Notes: generated by a model from the letters alone, not told the origin. DNA of 64,000 bases from Candidatus Obscuribacteraceae bacterium (GCA_044226015.1 JBGAHS010000005.1:352001-416000); one strand, 5' to 3'. Shown: positions 1-10,662, numbered from the stretch's first letter. A program made the numbers and translations.

Positions 1-464
1 AGGTATTTTACCTCTTGGTAAACCCGCCGTAGTTGCAACGCTGACATAACCGCATCGGGAATGCTCTGCGCGCTTGACAACCGATCCCTATTTGAACTTA
101 TCTCCGTCAGTTCTGTACTTGATAATTTATGCTCATCAGGCAGCTTTGTGTCATTCAAAAAATTACTAATCAAGTTCTTGAGTTCATGTGCTGGCTTGTC
201 ATGATCAGGTTTAAGAAAATCCGCCTTCTTCAAGACAAAGGGCGGTCCTTGCCCGGGCGTGAATCCAAATGTTCTTGAGGAAAGTTGAAGATCAATTTTG
301 CTCAAATTTGGATCATCTTGTTTGGTCTCGTGCTTCTGGCGAGTATTTTGGGATTCCAAGTCCTTTTGCGAAAAACTATTCTCCGCTTGCTTTTCGGGAT
401 TATCTTTCCTCTCGGCATTCTCTTTTTTCTGTTCTTCAGGTCTCGAATTGAACGGGTCTGTCAT
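1..464 (-). CDS. Hypothetical protein, N-terminal part (runs off the window start)
   Basis: Manual translation from ATG at 464 gives MTDPFNSRPEEQKKENAERKDNPEK..., open to base 1. Absent from the ORF track because no stop lies in the window. Confidence 0.6.
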   Translation of the reverse strand, partial: MTDPFNSRPEEQKKENAERKDNPEKQAENSFSQKDLESQNTRQKHETKQDDPNLSKIDLQLSSRTFGFTPGQGPPFVLKKADFLKPDHDKPAHELKNLISNFLNDTKLPDEHKLSSTELTEISSNRDRLSSAQSIPDAVMSALQLRRVYQEVKY

Positions 465-601
465 CTTGGCCACCCAAATGTTCTCACCTTAGTATTTTAA
501 CTTGTCGCCCTTAACATGGACTTATGTTAGAATCAAGAGACTTACTAGGCACCGTATTTGGTTGTCATTTTTTTTCAATAATGCTCGGAGAGGGGATATC
601 G

Positions 602-1132
602 ATGGCGTTAGCAAATAAGAAAGTTCTCTTGGCAGGACTCGCTGCACTGATGACAGTTGGGTTTGCACAAGTGTCCAAAGCTGATGAACCTTCGTTGCGA
701 ACAACGGTTCCAACAAGCGTAAGTTCTACTCCAGTAACTCCTGAGCGAATCAAGAAGGATTATTGGATTGCCTATCGTATGGCTAAGTACGAGTGGCTCG
801 ATAAAGTTGTTGAAGCTGATCCACGCATTGTAGCTGCTATATGTACACACGCGTTTCCGGCCGCTGTATTAGCTAAGCACAGACACCTTGATAAAATTGC
901 CGAAGCTGATCATTACACCTGCCGTCGTTTGACGCAGTGGGAAAACGCAACCCAGAAGTTATTGCGCAATCCTAATGCCGATAAAGTAATCGCACTCGAT
1001 CCTCAAGGAATGGTTTTTGCGATGAACCGCAAGCCAGAATATGCGCGCTTGATTGCAAGACACACAATGTTCAACAACCTGGCTGACTTGAGTCGCGATT
1101 TCCCAAGGGAAATGCAAAGACACATCCGCTAG
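602..1132 (+). CDS. Secreted hypothetical protein with about three ~30-aa helical repeats
   Basis: GGAGAGGGG SD before ATG 602; signal-like N-terminus ending SKA; repeats LDKVVEADP/LDKIAEADH/ADKVIALDP. Confidence 0.7.
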   Translation: MALANKKVLLAGLAALMTVGFAQVSKADEPSLRTTVPTSVSSTPVTPERIKKDYWIAYRMAKYEWLDKVVEADPRIVAAICTHAFPAAVLAKHRHLDKIAEADHYTCRRLTQWENATQKLLRNPNADKVIALDPQGMVFAMNRKPEYARLIARHTMFNNLADLSRDFPREMQRHIR

Positions 1133-1148
1133 TCATCGCGGTAGAAAA

Positions 1149-1961
1149 ATGAGTACTGATCAGTGGGCACGAATCTTTGAGATCGTGCCCATTGGTTTGT
1201 TTTCAGGACTTCTTGCTGGTGCATTCGGTGTTGGTGGTGGCATTATTTCGGTGCCACTGGTGAGGCATGTCTTAGGTTTGACTGCTCATGAAGCTGTTGG
1301 AAGTACGCTTGCGATGATACTTCCAACGGCAGCAATTGGTGTTTTCAATTATTTGAAGCAGGGAAAAATTGTTCCTCGGCTTGCTCTTATTTCGAGTTTG
1401 CCCGCCATTATAGGTACTGTAATTGCATCGGAATACAGCCACAATGTTAACGGTTCCGTTCTGATGTTGATGCTTGCTGGGCTGATGCTTTTAGTTGCGT
1501 TTGACTTTCTTACTGGTGCTGGAGCTAAACTTAAGGCAAAATCTGGCGACGAGAGTAGTGAAGATGATGTCCTCGTTATGGACAAGCGCAAGTCTCTCAT
1601 TGCGGCTTTCATCGGCTTAGTTGTTGGGCTCATGTCCGGCTTGCTTGGTATAGGTGGCGGCTTCGTGATGGTGCCGGCTTATTGTTATTTTCTGGGTTTG
1701 CCACTCAAAGCCGCTTTTGGAACATCTCTGATAGTGGTGGCTTTGGTTGCGTTGCCGGGGACAGTTGTGCATGCAATGCACAAACATGTTTTGTGGTGGG
1801 TTGTTATCCCCATGTTAGGCGGAAGCTTGCCTGGAGCCTGGCTTGGAAGTTATTTTTCACTGAAAGCTAAGGACCAAAACCTGCGCACCGTATTTGGCAT
1901 CATTCTAATTGTGATGGCAATCGTTTTTGCCGCGCGAGAATTGAACATTGGACCGCACTAG
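1149..1961 (+). CDS. Sulfite exporter TauE/SafE family membrane protein
   Basis: Duplicated GLLAGAFGVGGG / GLMSGLLGIGGG motifs; multiple TM helices. Confidence 0.9.
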   Translation: MSTDQWARIFEIVPIGLFSGLLAGAFGVGGGIISVPLVRHVLGLTAHEAVGSTLAMILPTAAIGVFNYLKQGKIVPRLALISSLPAIIGTVIASEYSHNVNGSVLMLMLAGLMLLVAFDFLTGAGAKLKAKSGDESSEDDVLVMDKRKSLIAAFIGLVVGLMSGLLGIGGGFVMVPAYCYFLGLPLKAAFGTSLIVVALVALPGTVVHAMHKHVLWWVVIPMLGGSLPGAWLGSYFSLKAKDQNLRTVFGIILIVMAIVFAARELNIGPH

Positions 1962-3943
1962 TACGCGTATTTATCTGCTTGCAGTTTATAGAGTCGTGCG
2001 TATTCGCCTTTCAGCGCCATTAACTCATCATGCGAGCCTTGCTCAGTAATTTCTCCGTTTGCCAGGTACATAATCAGGTCTGCCATTCGCACTGTGGAAA
2101 ACCTGTGAGAAATTAGGACGGTGGTTTTGCCCTTGGTTAATTCCTGAAATTGAACAAATAACTCGTGTTCTGACTCCACGTCAAGAGATGCTGTTGGTTC
2201 ATCAAGAATGAGAACCTGTGCGAATTTGCCATCTTTGTATGACTCATCTTTCGGAGCCACTCGCATAAACAATCTTGAAAGGGCGATTTTTTGCCACTGC
2301 CCTCCGGATAAATTCGTGTGTTTGTCGTCTTCCTCATAGTACGCTCGAAGATTCGAATCATAAGCATTGTCAAGCTTCGATATGAAATCGTGTGCGCCGC
2401 CTCTTTTCGCAGCTTCGCTAATGCGTTGCTCGTCCTCAATGAAGTTGACGTTTCCGAGTCCGATATTCTCTCCGATCGTGAGGTTGTATTGTGCAAAGTC
2501 TTGAAAGATTACGCCTATTTGCGCTCGCCAACTATCAACGTCGATGTCACTGAGTTTGATACCATCCACCAGAATTTCACCCGCGCTAGGTTTGTAGAGG
2601 CAACTCAATATTTTCACTAAGGTTGTTTTTCCCGCTCCGTTTTCACCAACGAGAGCTACTTTCTGTCCCGGTTTAATAGTAAAATTGATGTCTTTCAAAA
2701 CCTCATAATCACTATTGGCATAGTGAAATTTGACATTTTTGAATTCAATTCCCTTTGCGATCGGAGCGGGTGCTTGCAACTTCCATTCGTTTTCGGATTC
2801 CTTTGGAGTGCTTTCTTTGTGATGATCTTTCTCCATGAATTCAAAATATGTATTCAGGAATTGACAGTGTTCGTAAAGACCGGAAACTGCCCAAATAAAT
2901 TCACTAACGCATTTGTACAGACGCATGGTGTAGTTTGTCTGTATGTAAAAGTCCCCAAGAGTGAGCTTTCCTGCTAGAGTCTTAAACGCAATAATCGCGT
3001 ATGCCGCGCGATCAAACAAGCTGAAAAGTATTCGCAGAAAAACTGCCTTCGTTGCCCGTTTTTTGTGAGCAAGTTTTTCTTTGGCGATAAATGCTGATGA
3101 TGCTTGTAAAAATCTGCCGACAAAGAATTCGCCGAGACTGAATAAACGCAATTCTGGAATGTTACCTCGTTGAGTAACGGTTTGCGAGAAGTAGCTCATG
3201 CGCCTACCTTCAGGAGATCTCCACAAAGACTGTCTCCACATCTCTCGTGAGTTTTGAAATTCCACAATCACGCTTGGAATTGCTCCGAGGACTATAAACA
3301 CCATGAGAAGCGGCTGGCAAAGAACTAAGCTAGTTGCCACAACCATTGTTGTAGTGCCTAAATTCCACAACCAAATCAAAGACTGAAGGATTGATGGAAT
3401 TCTCCAATCTTCGTTCGTCAAGTGTGTTGCGGCTGGGTTCGGTCCGTCAAATTCAGAGAGATCTTCAATTTCGTTTGCTTTCCTCATTACAGAAACTTTG
3501 ACCTTCTGCATTATGAGGCTGGATAAAATTGCATCGACCGCTTTTCTTGATGGCTCTATTGCAGAACTCACAGCCTCAAGTAAGGTAAAAGTTCCCAGTA
3601 GCCACCAGAGTTTTTGCGCTGCAGCTGAGCTGGCGATATTTAATAGATTGTGGACGGATTGGAATTCCCCAGTTGATGCTACGAGGTGATCCACAATAAC
3701 TTTTGCCAACCATATGTTGATCAATGGAATGTTGCTTTGCGCTAGACCAATCATCACTGCCAGGCTTGCGTATTTTGGGTTGGTTTCCCAGATAAGCATG
3801 AGCGTCTTTGGAATTGTTCGAAAGGACTTTAAGACTTCGGTGCCTTGCGACCACCAATCATCTTTAGTGGAACCTTCGCTCTTGCTCATTCCGCTTTCCT
3901 CTTTGTTTGAAACTAACTCCTGGTTGTAGTTGCCATCTGGCAT
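1958..3943 (-). CDS. ABC exporter, fused permease/ATP-binding protein
   Basis: N-terminal TM domain; GENGAGKT, LSGGQ, ILDEPT, ISHR motifs. Confidence 0.92.
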   Translation of the reverse strand: MPDGNYNQELVSNKEESGMSKSEGSTKDDWWSQGTEVLKSFRTIPKTLMLIWETNPKYASLAVMIGLAQSNIPLINIWLAKVIVDHLVASTGEFQSVHNLLNIASSAAAQKLWWLLGTFTLLEAVSSAIEPSRKAVDAILSSLIMQKVKVSVMRKANEIEDLSEFDGPNPAATHLTNEDWRIPSILQSLIWLWNLGTTTMVVATSLVLCQPLLMVFIVLGAIPSVIVEFQNSREMWRQSLWRSPEGRRMSYFSQTVTQRGNIPELRLFSLGEFFVGRFLQASSAFIAKEKLAHKKRATKAVFLRILFSLFDRAAYAIIAFKTLAGKLTLGDFYIQTNYTMRLYKCVSEFIWAVSGLYEHCQFLNTYFEFMEKDHHKESTPKESENEWKLQAPAPIAKGIEFKNVKFHYANSDYEVLKDINFTIKPGQKVALVGENGAGKTTLVKILSCLYKPSAGEILVDGIKLSDIDVDSWRAQIGVIFQDFAQYNLTIGENIGLGNVNFIEDEQRISEAAKRGGAHDFISKLDNAYDSNLRAYYEEDDKHTNLSGGQWQKIALSRLFMRVAPKDESYKDGKFAQVLILDEPTASLDVESEHELFVQFQELTKGKTTVLISHRFSTVRMADLIMYLANGEITEQGSHDELMALKGEYARLYKLQADKYAY

Positions 3944-4098
3944 TCCTTCAGATTTACAAGTGAATCATGATATAGGTCACTTCCGATAAACTGAAACGTA
4001 TGGCACGCATATTCCTTCCTGATAAGCAGTAGAAGACTTTCGAGTCTTTTCGATTTTGCCAGGCTGATAGGGCATAATATTGGTGGGGAGAGTCTAGC

Positions 4099-4650
4099 AT
4101 GTTTCATCACCGCCTCTTAGAATTAGAAGCTGAATTGGCTGCCAAAGAGCAGAGCAAGCACAACATTTCTGTGCTGGCGCCCGCATGTGTTGGCATTCTT
4201 GATTTTGTGCAAAAAGACATTGAGGTCAGAATAGGAGATAAGGTTCCCAAAGATTGGAAAGGTTGGGTATCCTATCGTCGCAATAACAACTCTATGGTTG
4301 TTCTTCGAGGACGTTCTTTCAAGGCCGGCATGTTTGGCAGTACGAAGGCCGGTTTTGATGTTCCGATGGGGTTGGACTCTATAACCGAGATTGAGCGTGG
4401 ATTTGATGTCTCGCCCCCTCAAGATCTCGACCATCTTTTGTTGAATTTTGGTATGGACAAAGATTCGTACCGTGTCTTTCTCTGGTACGGAGAGAATATT
4501 GCTCCATACAAACTGGTATTTGCAGCAGATGTTGAAGACGAGCCTCATAAAGAACTCGGTGAGGCGGTTGTAGAGGCTTGCATTTGGATTTTGAAGCGGC
4601 CAAAACATCAAACTCTAGAAGCCTTTTTGAAGTCTCAACAAACGCAGTAG
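4099..4650 (+). CDS. Hypothetical protein
   Basis: 183-aa ORF with GGGGAG SD filling the gap between minus-strand genes. Confidence 0.65.
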   Translation: MFHHRLLELEAELAAKEQSKHNISVLAPACVGILDFVQKDIEVRIGDKVPKDWKGWVSYRRNNNSMVVLRGRSFKAGMFGSTKAGFDVPMGLDSITEIERGFDVSPPQDLDHLLLNFGMDKDSYRVFLWYGENIAPYKLVFAADVEDEPHKELGEAVVEACIWILKRPKHQTLEAFLKSQQTQ

Positions 4651-4712
4651 AAGAAATAGATCTGAAAAGTCGTGATGGATCCCCCAGGCAGTCTGGACAT
4701 GAAGCTTCCGAT

Positions 4713-6680
4713 CTAGATCATATTTTGTGATGTAGTGGTTCTGAGTTCAGCGGAGCCTGAGTTGAGCATTGATTTAAGCGCTTGCGCAGTTGCTGGTCGC
4801 TCTTCTTTATCTTTTGCAAGGCAGGCTTTAACAGCATTTTGTATTCGGTCTGGAATGCGAAGACTCTTAGGCATAGCAGGAACTTCTCCAAATGCATGGG
4901 CTTGCAAAACTTCAAAAATGGAATTCCTTTCAAAAGGTGAAAACCCGGCAATTGCTTCGTACATCATGCAACCTATCGAATAAAGGTCGGCTCGTCCATC
5001 AAGTGGTTTGCCTTCCCATTGTTCCGGACTCATATAGAGTGGGCTTCCGAAAACCTCTCCGGTGCGTGTCAGTCGATTTGCTTCTGATTCATTTCCAGCT
5101 TTTGCAATTCCAAAGTCGACTATTTTTGCTAATTCTTTTCCATCTTCTTGTTCGACGAGCATAATGTTTCCTGGCTTCAGATCTCTATGAACAATACCGC
5201 TTGCATGTACCTGCTCCAGCCCGTCCAATACTTGTGAAAAGATAAGATCAAATTGCGCAACGTCTATTCGCTTGCATTCATCAAGAAGGTCTTGCAGCGT
5301 TCTACCCTTGATAAAATCCATCAGCAGGTATGGTTGACCTGTACGCGAAATACCGAAATCATGAATTCTTATCAGGTTAGGATGCTCAAGCTTACTGGCC
5401 GTTTTTGCTTCATGCTGAAAGCGCTTAATATGGAGAGAATCTGAAGCGATATTTTCGTTCAGTATTTTTATTGCAAAAATCTTGTTGTCTAAAAATAGAT
5501 GTCTTGCCTTGTAAACTGTGGCCATGCCACCACTTCCGAGTTCTTCTGTAATAAAGTACTTGTCGGCAAATGCCGTTCCGACTATTGAGCTGTCGGCGAT
5601 TTTGACAAGCTCTTCGTTGTCTTCTGGACAAATCTCAATATCCATTTTGAATTCTTTTGTACAAGTAAGGCAGATATTGCGAAGCTTTGCCGCTGTATGT
5701 GAGCCCGTGTTTTGAGCGATTTGCCGGGCCATCTCTTTCGTAAAATGGAGTTCTGTTTTTTCCAATTTTTGCTCTGATTCCACTTGCTTTTGTTCGGCTT
5801 CTTTTCGCTTGCTGTCGATGAGGTCTAGCGACCGTGCACTCCAAATGACCACAGCTATCAAAGATGCAAAAACAAGAATTCCAAATACAGCCCAGCCAAA
5901 TGCGGCATCATAAAGACCGGCAGATACACCCAGGTCTCTGATCACCAGGCTTATGGGAATTGCAAGAACGAAGGTAATGAAACGCCGCGCAATGCGCCCC
6001 CCAAGGCTGTCAGTGACAAAAATTTTGACACTCTCACATTCAGGCGTCGCACAAAGATTGGCTGCCGAAAGCAGTGTGAACAAAGCTGATATTGTGAAAG
6101 GCATTCTTACGCAACCAAACATGGTGCATAAAGTGTCAACACCACAGAGAAACCCAAAGAACACAAAAAGTGAAAGCAGCATGGAAGCGAAACTCAAAGA
6201 CTGCCATAGCCATTGGAGTCTATGACCATTCAGAGTTGATGTAGCAAGGGACAGTGAAAGAAGAATGAAATTGAGCGCGATGTTTGCTGCCATGGGACCC
6301 GGAAATGTTATACCGGCGGAGTCTTCATTTGGTGCGTAAATTTTGAATGCAAGATCAAAGTCTAGATTTGCAATTCCTTCAACAAACAATACAGTGCTAA
6401 AAATAAAAACCATCGTTGAAATTGCGATTCCAGGAATTACCAGAACCGCACGTCGCTCAGAAAAATGAATCAAGAGAAGAGAGAGTGAGCAAAGCAAAAG
6501 CGATAGAGCGTTTGATGAGCGCAGCAACATGCGAGAGCCCATCATAAGTGTTTTGAGTGAGTCTATGTCAAACGCCCATCCGATCAGGCATGAAACGGTT
6601 AAGAATACAGAACCTATGACTATCGCTGTAGCAATGTATCGCGATCGGTTGATTAATTCAGCGTTTAGTTCTTGAACCAA
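4713..6680 (-). CDS. Membrane-anchored Ser/Thr protein kinase (multi-TM N-terminus, Zn-ribbon-like linker, Hanks kinase)
   Basis: About 7 TM segments; CLTC...CPED; GSGGMATV, AIK, HRDLKPGN, DFG, YMSPE. Confidence 0.93.
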   Translation of the reverse strand: MVQELNAELINRSRYIATAIVIGSVFLTVSCLIGWAFDIDSLKTLMMGSRMLLRSSNALSLLLCSLSLLLIHFSERRAVLVIPGIAISTMVFIFSTVLFVEGIANLDFDLAFKIYAPNEDSAGITFPGPMAANIALNFILLSLSLATSTLNGHRLQWLWQSLSFASMLLSLFVFFGFLCGVDTLCTMFGCVRMPFTISALFTLLSAANLCATPECESVKIFVTDSLGGRIARRFITFVLAIPISLVIRDLGVSAGLYDAAFGWAVFGILVFASLIAVVIWSARSLDLIDSKRKEAEQKQVESEQKLEKTELHFTKEMARQIAQNTGSHTAAKLRNICLTCTKEFKMDIEICPEDNEELVKIADSSIVGTAFADKYFITEELGSGGMATVYKARHLFLDNKIFAIKILNENIASDSLHIKRFQHEAKTASKLEHPNLIRIHDFGISRTGQPYLLMDFIKGRTLQDLLDECKRIDVAQFDLIFSQVLDGLEQVHASGIVHRDLKPGNIMLVEQEDGKELAKIVDFGIAKAGNESEANRLTRTGEVFGSPLYMSPEQWEGKPLDGRADLYSIGCMMYEAIAGFSPFERNSIFEVLQAHAFGEVPAMPKSLRIPDRIQNAVKACLAKDKEERPATAQALKSMLNSGSAELRTTTSQNMI

Positions 6681-6710
6681 AATGTAGACCCTATTCCACC
6701 TCGGAATATC

Positions 6711-7148
6711 TTATTTCTTTAGCGCCTTATCAATTGCGGACTGATAGACCGCTTTTTCTTTGAAGCCTTGAAGCTCTTTTACGCGTTTGCCCTGACTGTT
6801 GAAGATGCCCACAATCGGAGCTTGATCTGTTGATTCAGTAAAAAACTTGCTGACCCCAAGCGTTTCTGCTACTTTGCTAGATTCTGGAATTGTACCGGTG
6901 TTCAACTCCGCAAGCTTAACCTTGGGTCCATATGATTCCACCAACTTTTGCATCATTGGTCGAACCTTTGTGCAAGTAATGTGGCAGTCCTGATCGTAAA
7001 CGAGGACAACGAGCAGGTCTGGTTTTGTTAGGCTGTTCTGATAAGTCGATGATTGATCTGCCCAGGACGGTACTACCATCATGACTCCCTGAGAGCAAAG
7101 TGAGAGAAATATTCCAGTTAGTGTAATTCCTTTTCGCGTCATGCTCAC
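6711..7148 (-). CDS. Exported thioredoxin-fold protein
   Basis: Signal-like N-terminus; VVLVYDQDCHITCTKVRP (CxxxC variant); Trx-like beta/alpha pattern. Confidence 0.7.
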   Translation of the reverse strand: MSMTRKGITLTGIFLSLCSQGVMMVVPSWADQSSTYQNSLTKPDLLVVLVYDQDCHITCTKVRPMMQKLVESYGPKVKLAELNTGTIPESSKVAETLGVSKFFTESTDQAPIVGIFNSQGKRVKELQGFKEKAVYQSAIDKALKK

Positions 7149-7306
7149 AAAAACGTCCCTCTAGCCACTGTCATTTATCATTTACCACAAATCCGTCCCC
7201 TACAGTCAATACTCGACCGTGAACGTGACAGGGAACACTCGGAGAACGTAGTCCTATCGGACGGGACGTGCATTAGTTCAGTCAATATAGAGCTCTCCCA
7301 AATGTA

Positions 7307-7333
7307 TCGGGAAGTCTGAATTAGACTTCCCGA
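7307..7333 (-). terminator. Perfect 11-bp hairpin downstream of the SPFH gene, probable terminator
   Basis: TCGGGAAGTCT-GAATT-AGACTTCCCGA; U-tract weak. Confidence 0.5.
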
Positions 7334-7360
7334 CAGCTTCCTATAATCTGCGCACTTAAA

Positions 7361-8209
7361 TTACTCGCGATTTCTCTCAACGTTTATAGTCTGTGGCTGC
7401 GCTTGTTTTGCTTGGGTCTTAATGACCTCTCCGACCTTCAAAGCTATGCGTTGAACGTCTTCGTCACTGGCTCCGGACTTCTTTGTAAAATTCAGCAATT
7501 CGATCGGAATCGGAAATATCAAAGTCGAATTTTTTTCTGCAGAAACTTCAACCATTGTTTGAAGTTGACGAAGCTGCATTGCGCCTGGTTCTGTGGCAAT
7601 CATTTTTGCTGCTTGAGCTAATTTTTCTGCGGCTTGAAGTTCGCCTTCGGCAGCAACAATCTTCGCTCGTCTTTCTCGTTCCGCCTCTGCCTGCCTAGCC
7701 ATAGCACGTTGCATCTGTTCTGGAATCTCAACGTCTTTTACTTCGATGGCATTAACCTTGATTCCCCAACCTTCGGTCTGTCTGTCAATGATTGCCTGAA
7801 GCTGTGCGTTGATTTTATCTCTTTCGCTGAGCAGATCATCCAGCTCATGCTGACCCAGAATGCTTCGCAATGTCGTTTGAGCTATTTGACTTGTTGCAGA
7901 GTATGGGTCTTCGATCTTTGTAACGACCTTAAAGGGGTCTACCACCTGGAAAAAACAAACTGCAGCTGTTTTTGCCGAGATGTTGTCTTTCGTGATGATT
8001 TCTTGCATCGGAATCGACATCGTAACCATACGAGTGTCTACCTTCCTAAAATTCTCGAATATTGGAAGGACCAAAACTGGACCTGGTCCTCTCACACCCT
8101 GAACGCGACCAAATCTAAAAACCACTAGTCGGTCATATTCATTGACGAATTTCAAGCTGGACAAAGCAAGCGCCAGGCCAAAAAACACCAAACCTAGAAT
8201 AATTTCCAT
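7361..8209 (-). CDS. SPFH/band-7 stomatin-like (slipin) protein
   Basis: N-terminal TM; VVFRFGR, QEIITKDN, AQTTLRSILG, RAMARQAEAERERRAK. Confidence 0.93.
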   Translation of the reverse strand: MEIILGLVFFGLALALSSLKFVNEYDRLVVFRFGRVQGVRGPGPVLVLPIFENFRKVDTRMVTMSIPMQEIITKDNISAKTAAVCFFQVVDPFKVVTKIEDPYSATSQIAQTTLRSILGQHELDDLLSERDKINAQLQAIIDRQTEGWGIKVNAIEVKDVEIPEQMQRAMARQAEAERERRAKIVAAEGELQAAEKLAQAAKMIATEPGAMQLRQLQTMVEVSAEKNSTLIFPIPIELLNFTKKSGASDEDVQRIALKVGEVIKTQAKQAQPQTINVERNRE

Positions 8210-8272
8210 GACAACGCTCCGTGAGCAAAAAGGTATATGTCAGACAAACGTGTACTTGTTCATAATACCCGT

Positions 8273-9703
8273 TTATTGCGAGTCTCGCTTAAGTTTTGAG
8301 ATGAAAAAGCCCGAGCAGGCATGTCGAGAGGGAAGAAGCTGAATTCGCCCAGCTTGCAACTGTTTCTGCGTTTCACTCCAGTGATTTTCCTGTTGCCATC
8401 TCTGCAGAATAGTTTCACCAAAGTAAGGCTCAAGATTAACTGGGCTGAAATCCTTGTGCTCTCTGAGGAAACGATCAATGTGCTCTTCGTTTTCCTCTGG
8501 TTCTATTGAACAAGTTGAATAGACAAGACTGGCACCTGGTTTCAAATAAGTCGCAACTTGCTCAAGCAGTTCGCGCTGAATTTTTATCAGTGACTCGATG
8601 TCCTCGGCTTTGCGGTTTTGGCGCAAGTCGGCTCTTCTGTTGAGAACCCCGGTTCCGCTACAAGGGGCATCAATCAATACTGATTCGCAAGGTCCTTCCG
8701 GGGAAAATTCTCTACCGTCTTTCACGACCGTTTCGATGTTCTGCAAACCAATTCTTCTTCTTTCATTTCCGAGCAGCGAGAGGCGCTTTTCGCTGGAGTC
8801 AACAGCAATCACACGACCTTTGTTCTGCATCAACTCGCCAAGGAAAATGCTCTTACCGCCTGGTGCCGCGCAGAGGTCAACGATGGTTTGCCCTGCTTTG
8901 GCATCGAGCAAAGTCACCACCAGGGCTGAGGCGTCGTCCTGAACGGAGAATAGCCCTTCAGCGTAACCGGGCAGCTTGCTGATTGGTCCAGTTTGTGAAC
9001 CTCTGTCCAGAACTTCAATACAAGAGCTCATAAGGTCAGAGCGTTTGACCGTCATACCCTTAGATTCAAATATAGAAATCAGTCCCTCTGTACTTATTGC
9101 CTCTTCGTTGCAACGTAGAATTAGGTTGGGGATCTTCTGGCTATATTCCAGAAGTGCTTCGCATTCTTCCATGGCGAATCGCTTTAGCCAACGGTTTATT
9201 ATCCATTCTGGCATCGAGAATCGCTGGCTCAATGACTTCGAATCGTTTGCTTGAGCAGCTGCCCCGTCTTGGTCAGGCTCAGTCTCCTGGGAAGGCTCTG
9301 TGTTGCCCGCGCGTTGAAAGCTTCTCAGTAGAGCATTGGCAAAACGTGCCGAACCTTCGTGTCCCGTTTTTCGCGCGATTTCTACCGAAGTATTTATCAC
9401 TGCAGATGGTGGCACGTCTTTCATGTGCACAAGTTGGAAAATCGCTGTTCTCAGAACTGCTCGCAGCACGGGGTTGAGCTTCTCTATAGGCTTCTTACTG
9501 AACTTACTGATCTGAGCATCGATTTCCAGTTGATGGCGCAAAGTTCCCTGCACTATGTAGGTCACGAAAGCTCTGTCGCGCTCTTGAAGGGTATTCTTTG
9601 CAAACGCATTATTTAAAGCCTGATTAGCAAAAGCTGACTCTTGCTCGACTTTTAGTAAAACCTCTACGGCAGTTCTTCTAGATGCTAAACCCTGCATTGA
9701 CAT
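8273..9703 (-). CDS. rsmB: 16S rRNA (cytosine967-C5)-methyltransferase RsmB/Sun
   Basis: NusB-like N-terminus; DLCAAPGGKS, DAPCSGTG, YSTCS; ATG overlaps the fmt stop (TAATG). Confidence 0.93.
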   Translation of the reverse strand: MSMQGLASRRTAVEVLLKVEQESAFANQALNNAFAKNTLQERDRAFVTYIVQGTLRHQLEIDAQISKFSKKPIEKLNPVLRAVLRTAIFQLVHMKDVPPSAVINTSVEIARKTGHEGSARFANALLRSFQRAGNTEPSQETEPDQDGAAAQANDSKSLSQRFSMPEWIINRWLKRFAMEECEALLEYSQKIPNLILRCNEEAISTEGLISIFESKGMTVKRSDLMSSCIEVLDRGSQTGPISKLPGYAEGLFSVQDDASALVVTLLDAKAGQTIVDLCAAPGGKSIFLGELMQNKGRVIAVDSSEKRLSLLGNERRRIGLQNIETVVKDGREFSPEGPCESVLIDAPCSGTGVLNRRADLRQNRKAEDIESLIKIQRELLEQVATYLKPGASLVYSTCSIEPEENEEHIDRFLREHKDFSPVNLEPYFGETILQRWQQENHWSETQKQLQAGRIQLLPSRHACSGFFISKLKRDSQ

Positions 9704-10662
9704 TAGCTCACGCTCAACTTGATGCCGGGCTTCATTCGCAAACCATTCGCCCATGCGCTTGCGGGCATTTTGCCTTTGCTGGCTGGCTTCACGTCGATGA
9801 TCTCGATTGCCTCATTGCCTCGTGAACCGCAAGCCACGATAAATTGACCTGCAGTTTTTATCACCGTACCAGGCTCATGTTCTGACATGGTGGCATTTTT
9901 TTGTTCCAGCAGTTTGGTGCTCACAACTTTGACTTGTTGCCCATCCAGATGTGTGTATGTGCCCGGCCAGCCCACAAGACCTCTGCAGAGGTTGTGAATG
10001 TCCTTTGCTGACTTAGTCCAGTCAATGTTACCCATTTCTTTCTTCAGCAGTGGCGCATAGCTGGCTTCATCATTATTTTGATCTTCAGGAAGAAGGTTGC
10101 CCTCCATGAGTTTCCTCAAGGTTTCCTTCAATAAATCTGCTCCTACCAGTGACATAGCAACAGAGAGTGACTCTGCGTCCATATCATCGGTTATAGCAAT
10201 TTCTCGTTTTAGCAACATCTTGCCAGTGTCGATACCCGGGTCTGAATACATGGTAGTGACACCAGTAATGGTGTCACCGTTAATAATCGCCCAATTTATC
10301 GGCGCTGCACCGCGCAACTTCGGAAGTAAGGAGCCATGCACATTCATGACACCAAATCTGGCCATGTTGAGCACGTTTTTTCTAAGTATTTGTCCGAAGG
10401 CGACAGTCACAAGAATGTCTGGCTTGAGTTCGGCCATGGCTTCGACTATCTCGGGTGATTTTGACAGCTTTTCAGGCTGAAACACCGGAATATTGTGTCG
10501 CTCGGCGATTAGTTTGGTAGGAGGCGGAAAAATGTTTTTGCCTCGCCCTGCGGGTCGGTCTGGCTGAGTTACAAGACCGACAACTGTGACATCATTCCAA
10601 GCGATTAGGGTTTCCAGCGAAGGAACCGCAAATTCCGGTGTGCCTAAAAAGAGAATTCTCAC
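9703..10662 (-). CDS. fmt: Methionyl-tRNA formyltransferase
   Basis: RILFLGTPEFAVPSL, VTQPDRPAGRG, NVHGSLLPKLRGAAPI. Confidence 0.96.
   Translation of the reverse strand: MRILFLGTPEFAVPSLETLIAWNDVTVVGLVTQPDRPAGRGKNIFPPPTKLIAERHNIPVFQPEKLSKSPEIVEAMAELKPDILVTVAFGQILRKNVLNMARFGVMNVHGSLLPKLRGAAPINWAIINGDTITGVTTMYSDPGIDTGKMLLKREIAITDDMDAESLSVAMSLVGADLLKETLRKLMEGNLLPEDQNNDEASYAPLLKKEMGNIDWTKSAKDIHNLCRGLVGWPGTYTHLDGQQVKVVSTKLLEQKNATMSEHEPGTVIKTAGQFIVACGSRGNEAIEIIDVKPASKGKMPASAWANGLRMKPGIKLSVS

Noticed and set aside
269..500. Short plus-strand ORFs
   Set aside because: Antisense to the longer minus-strand ORF starting at 464.
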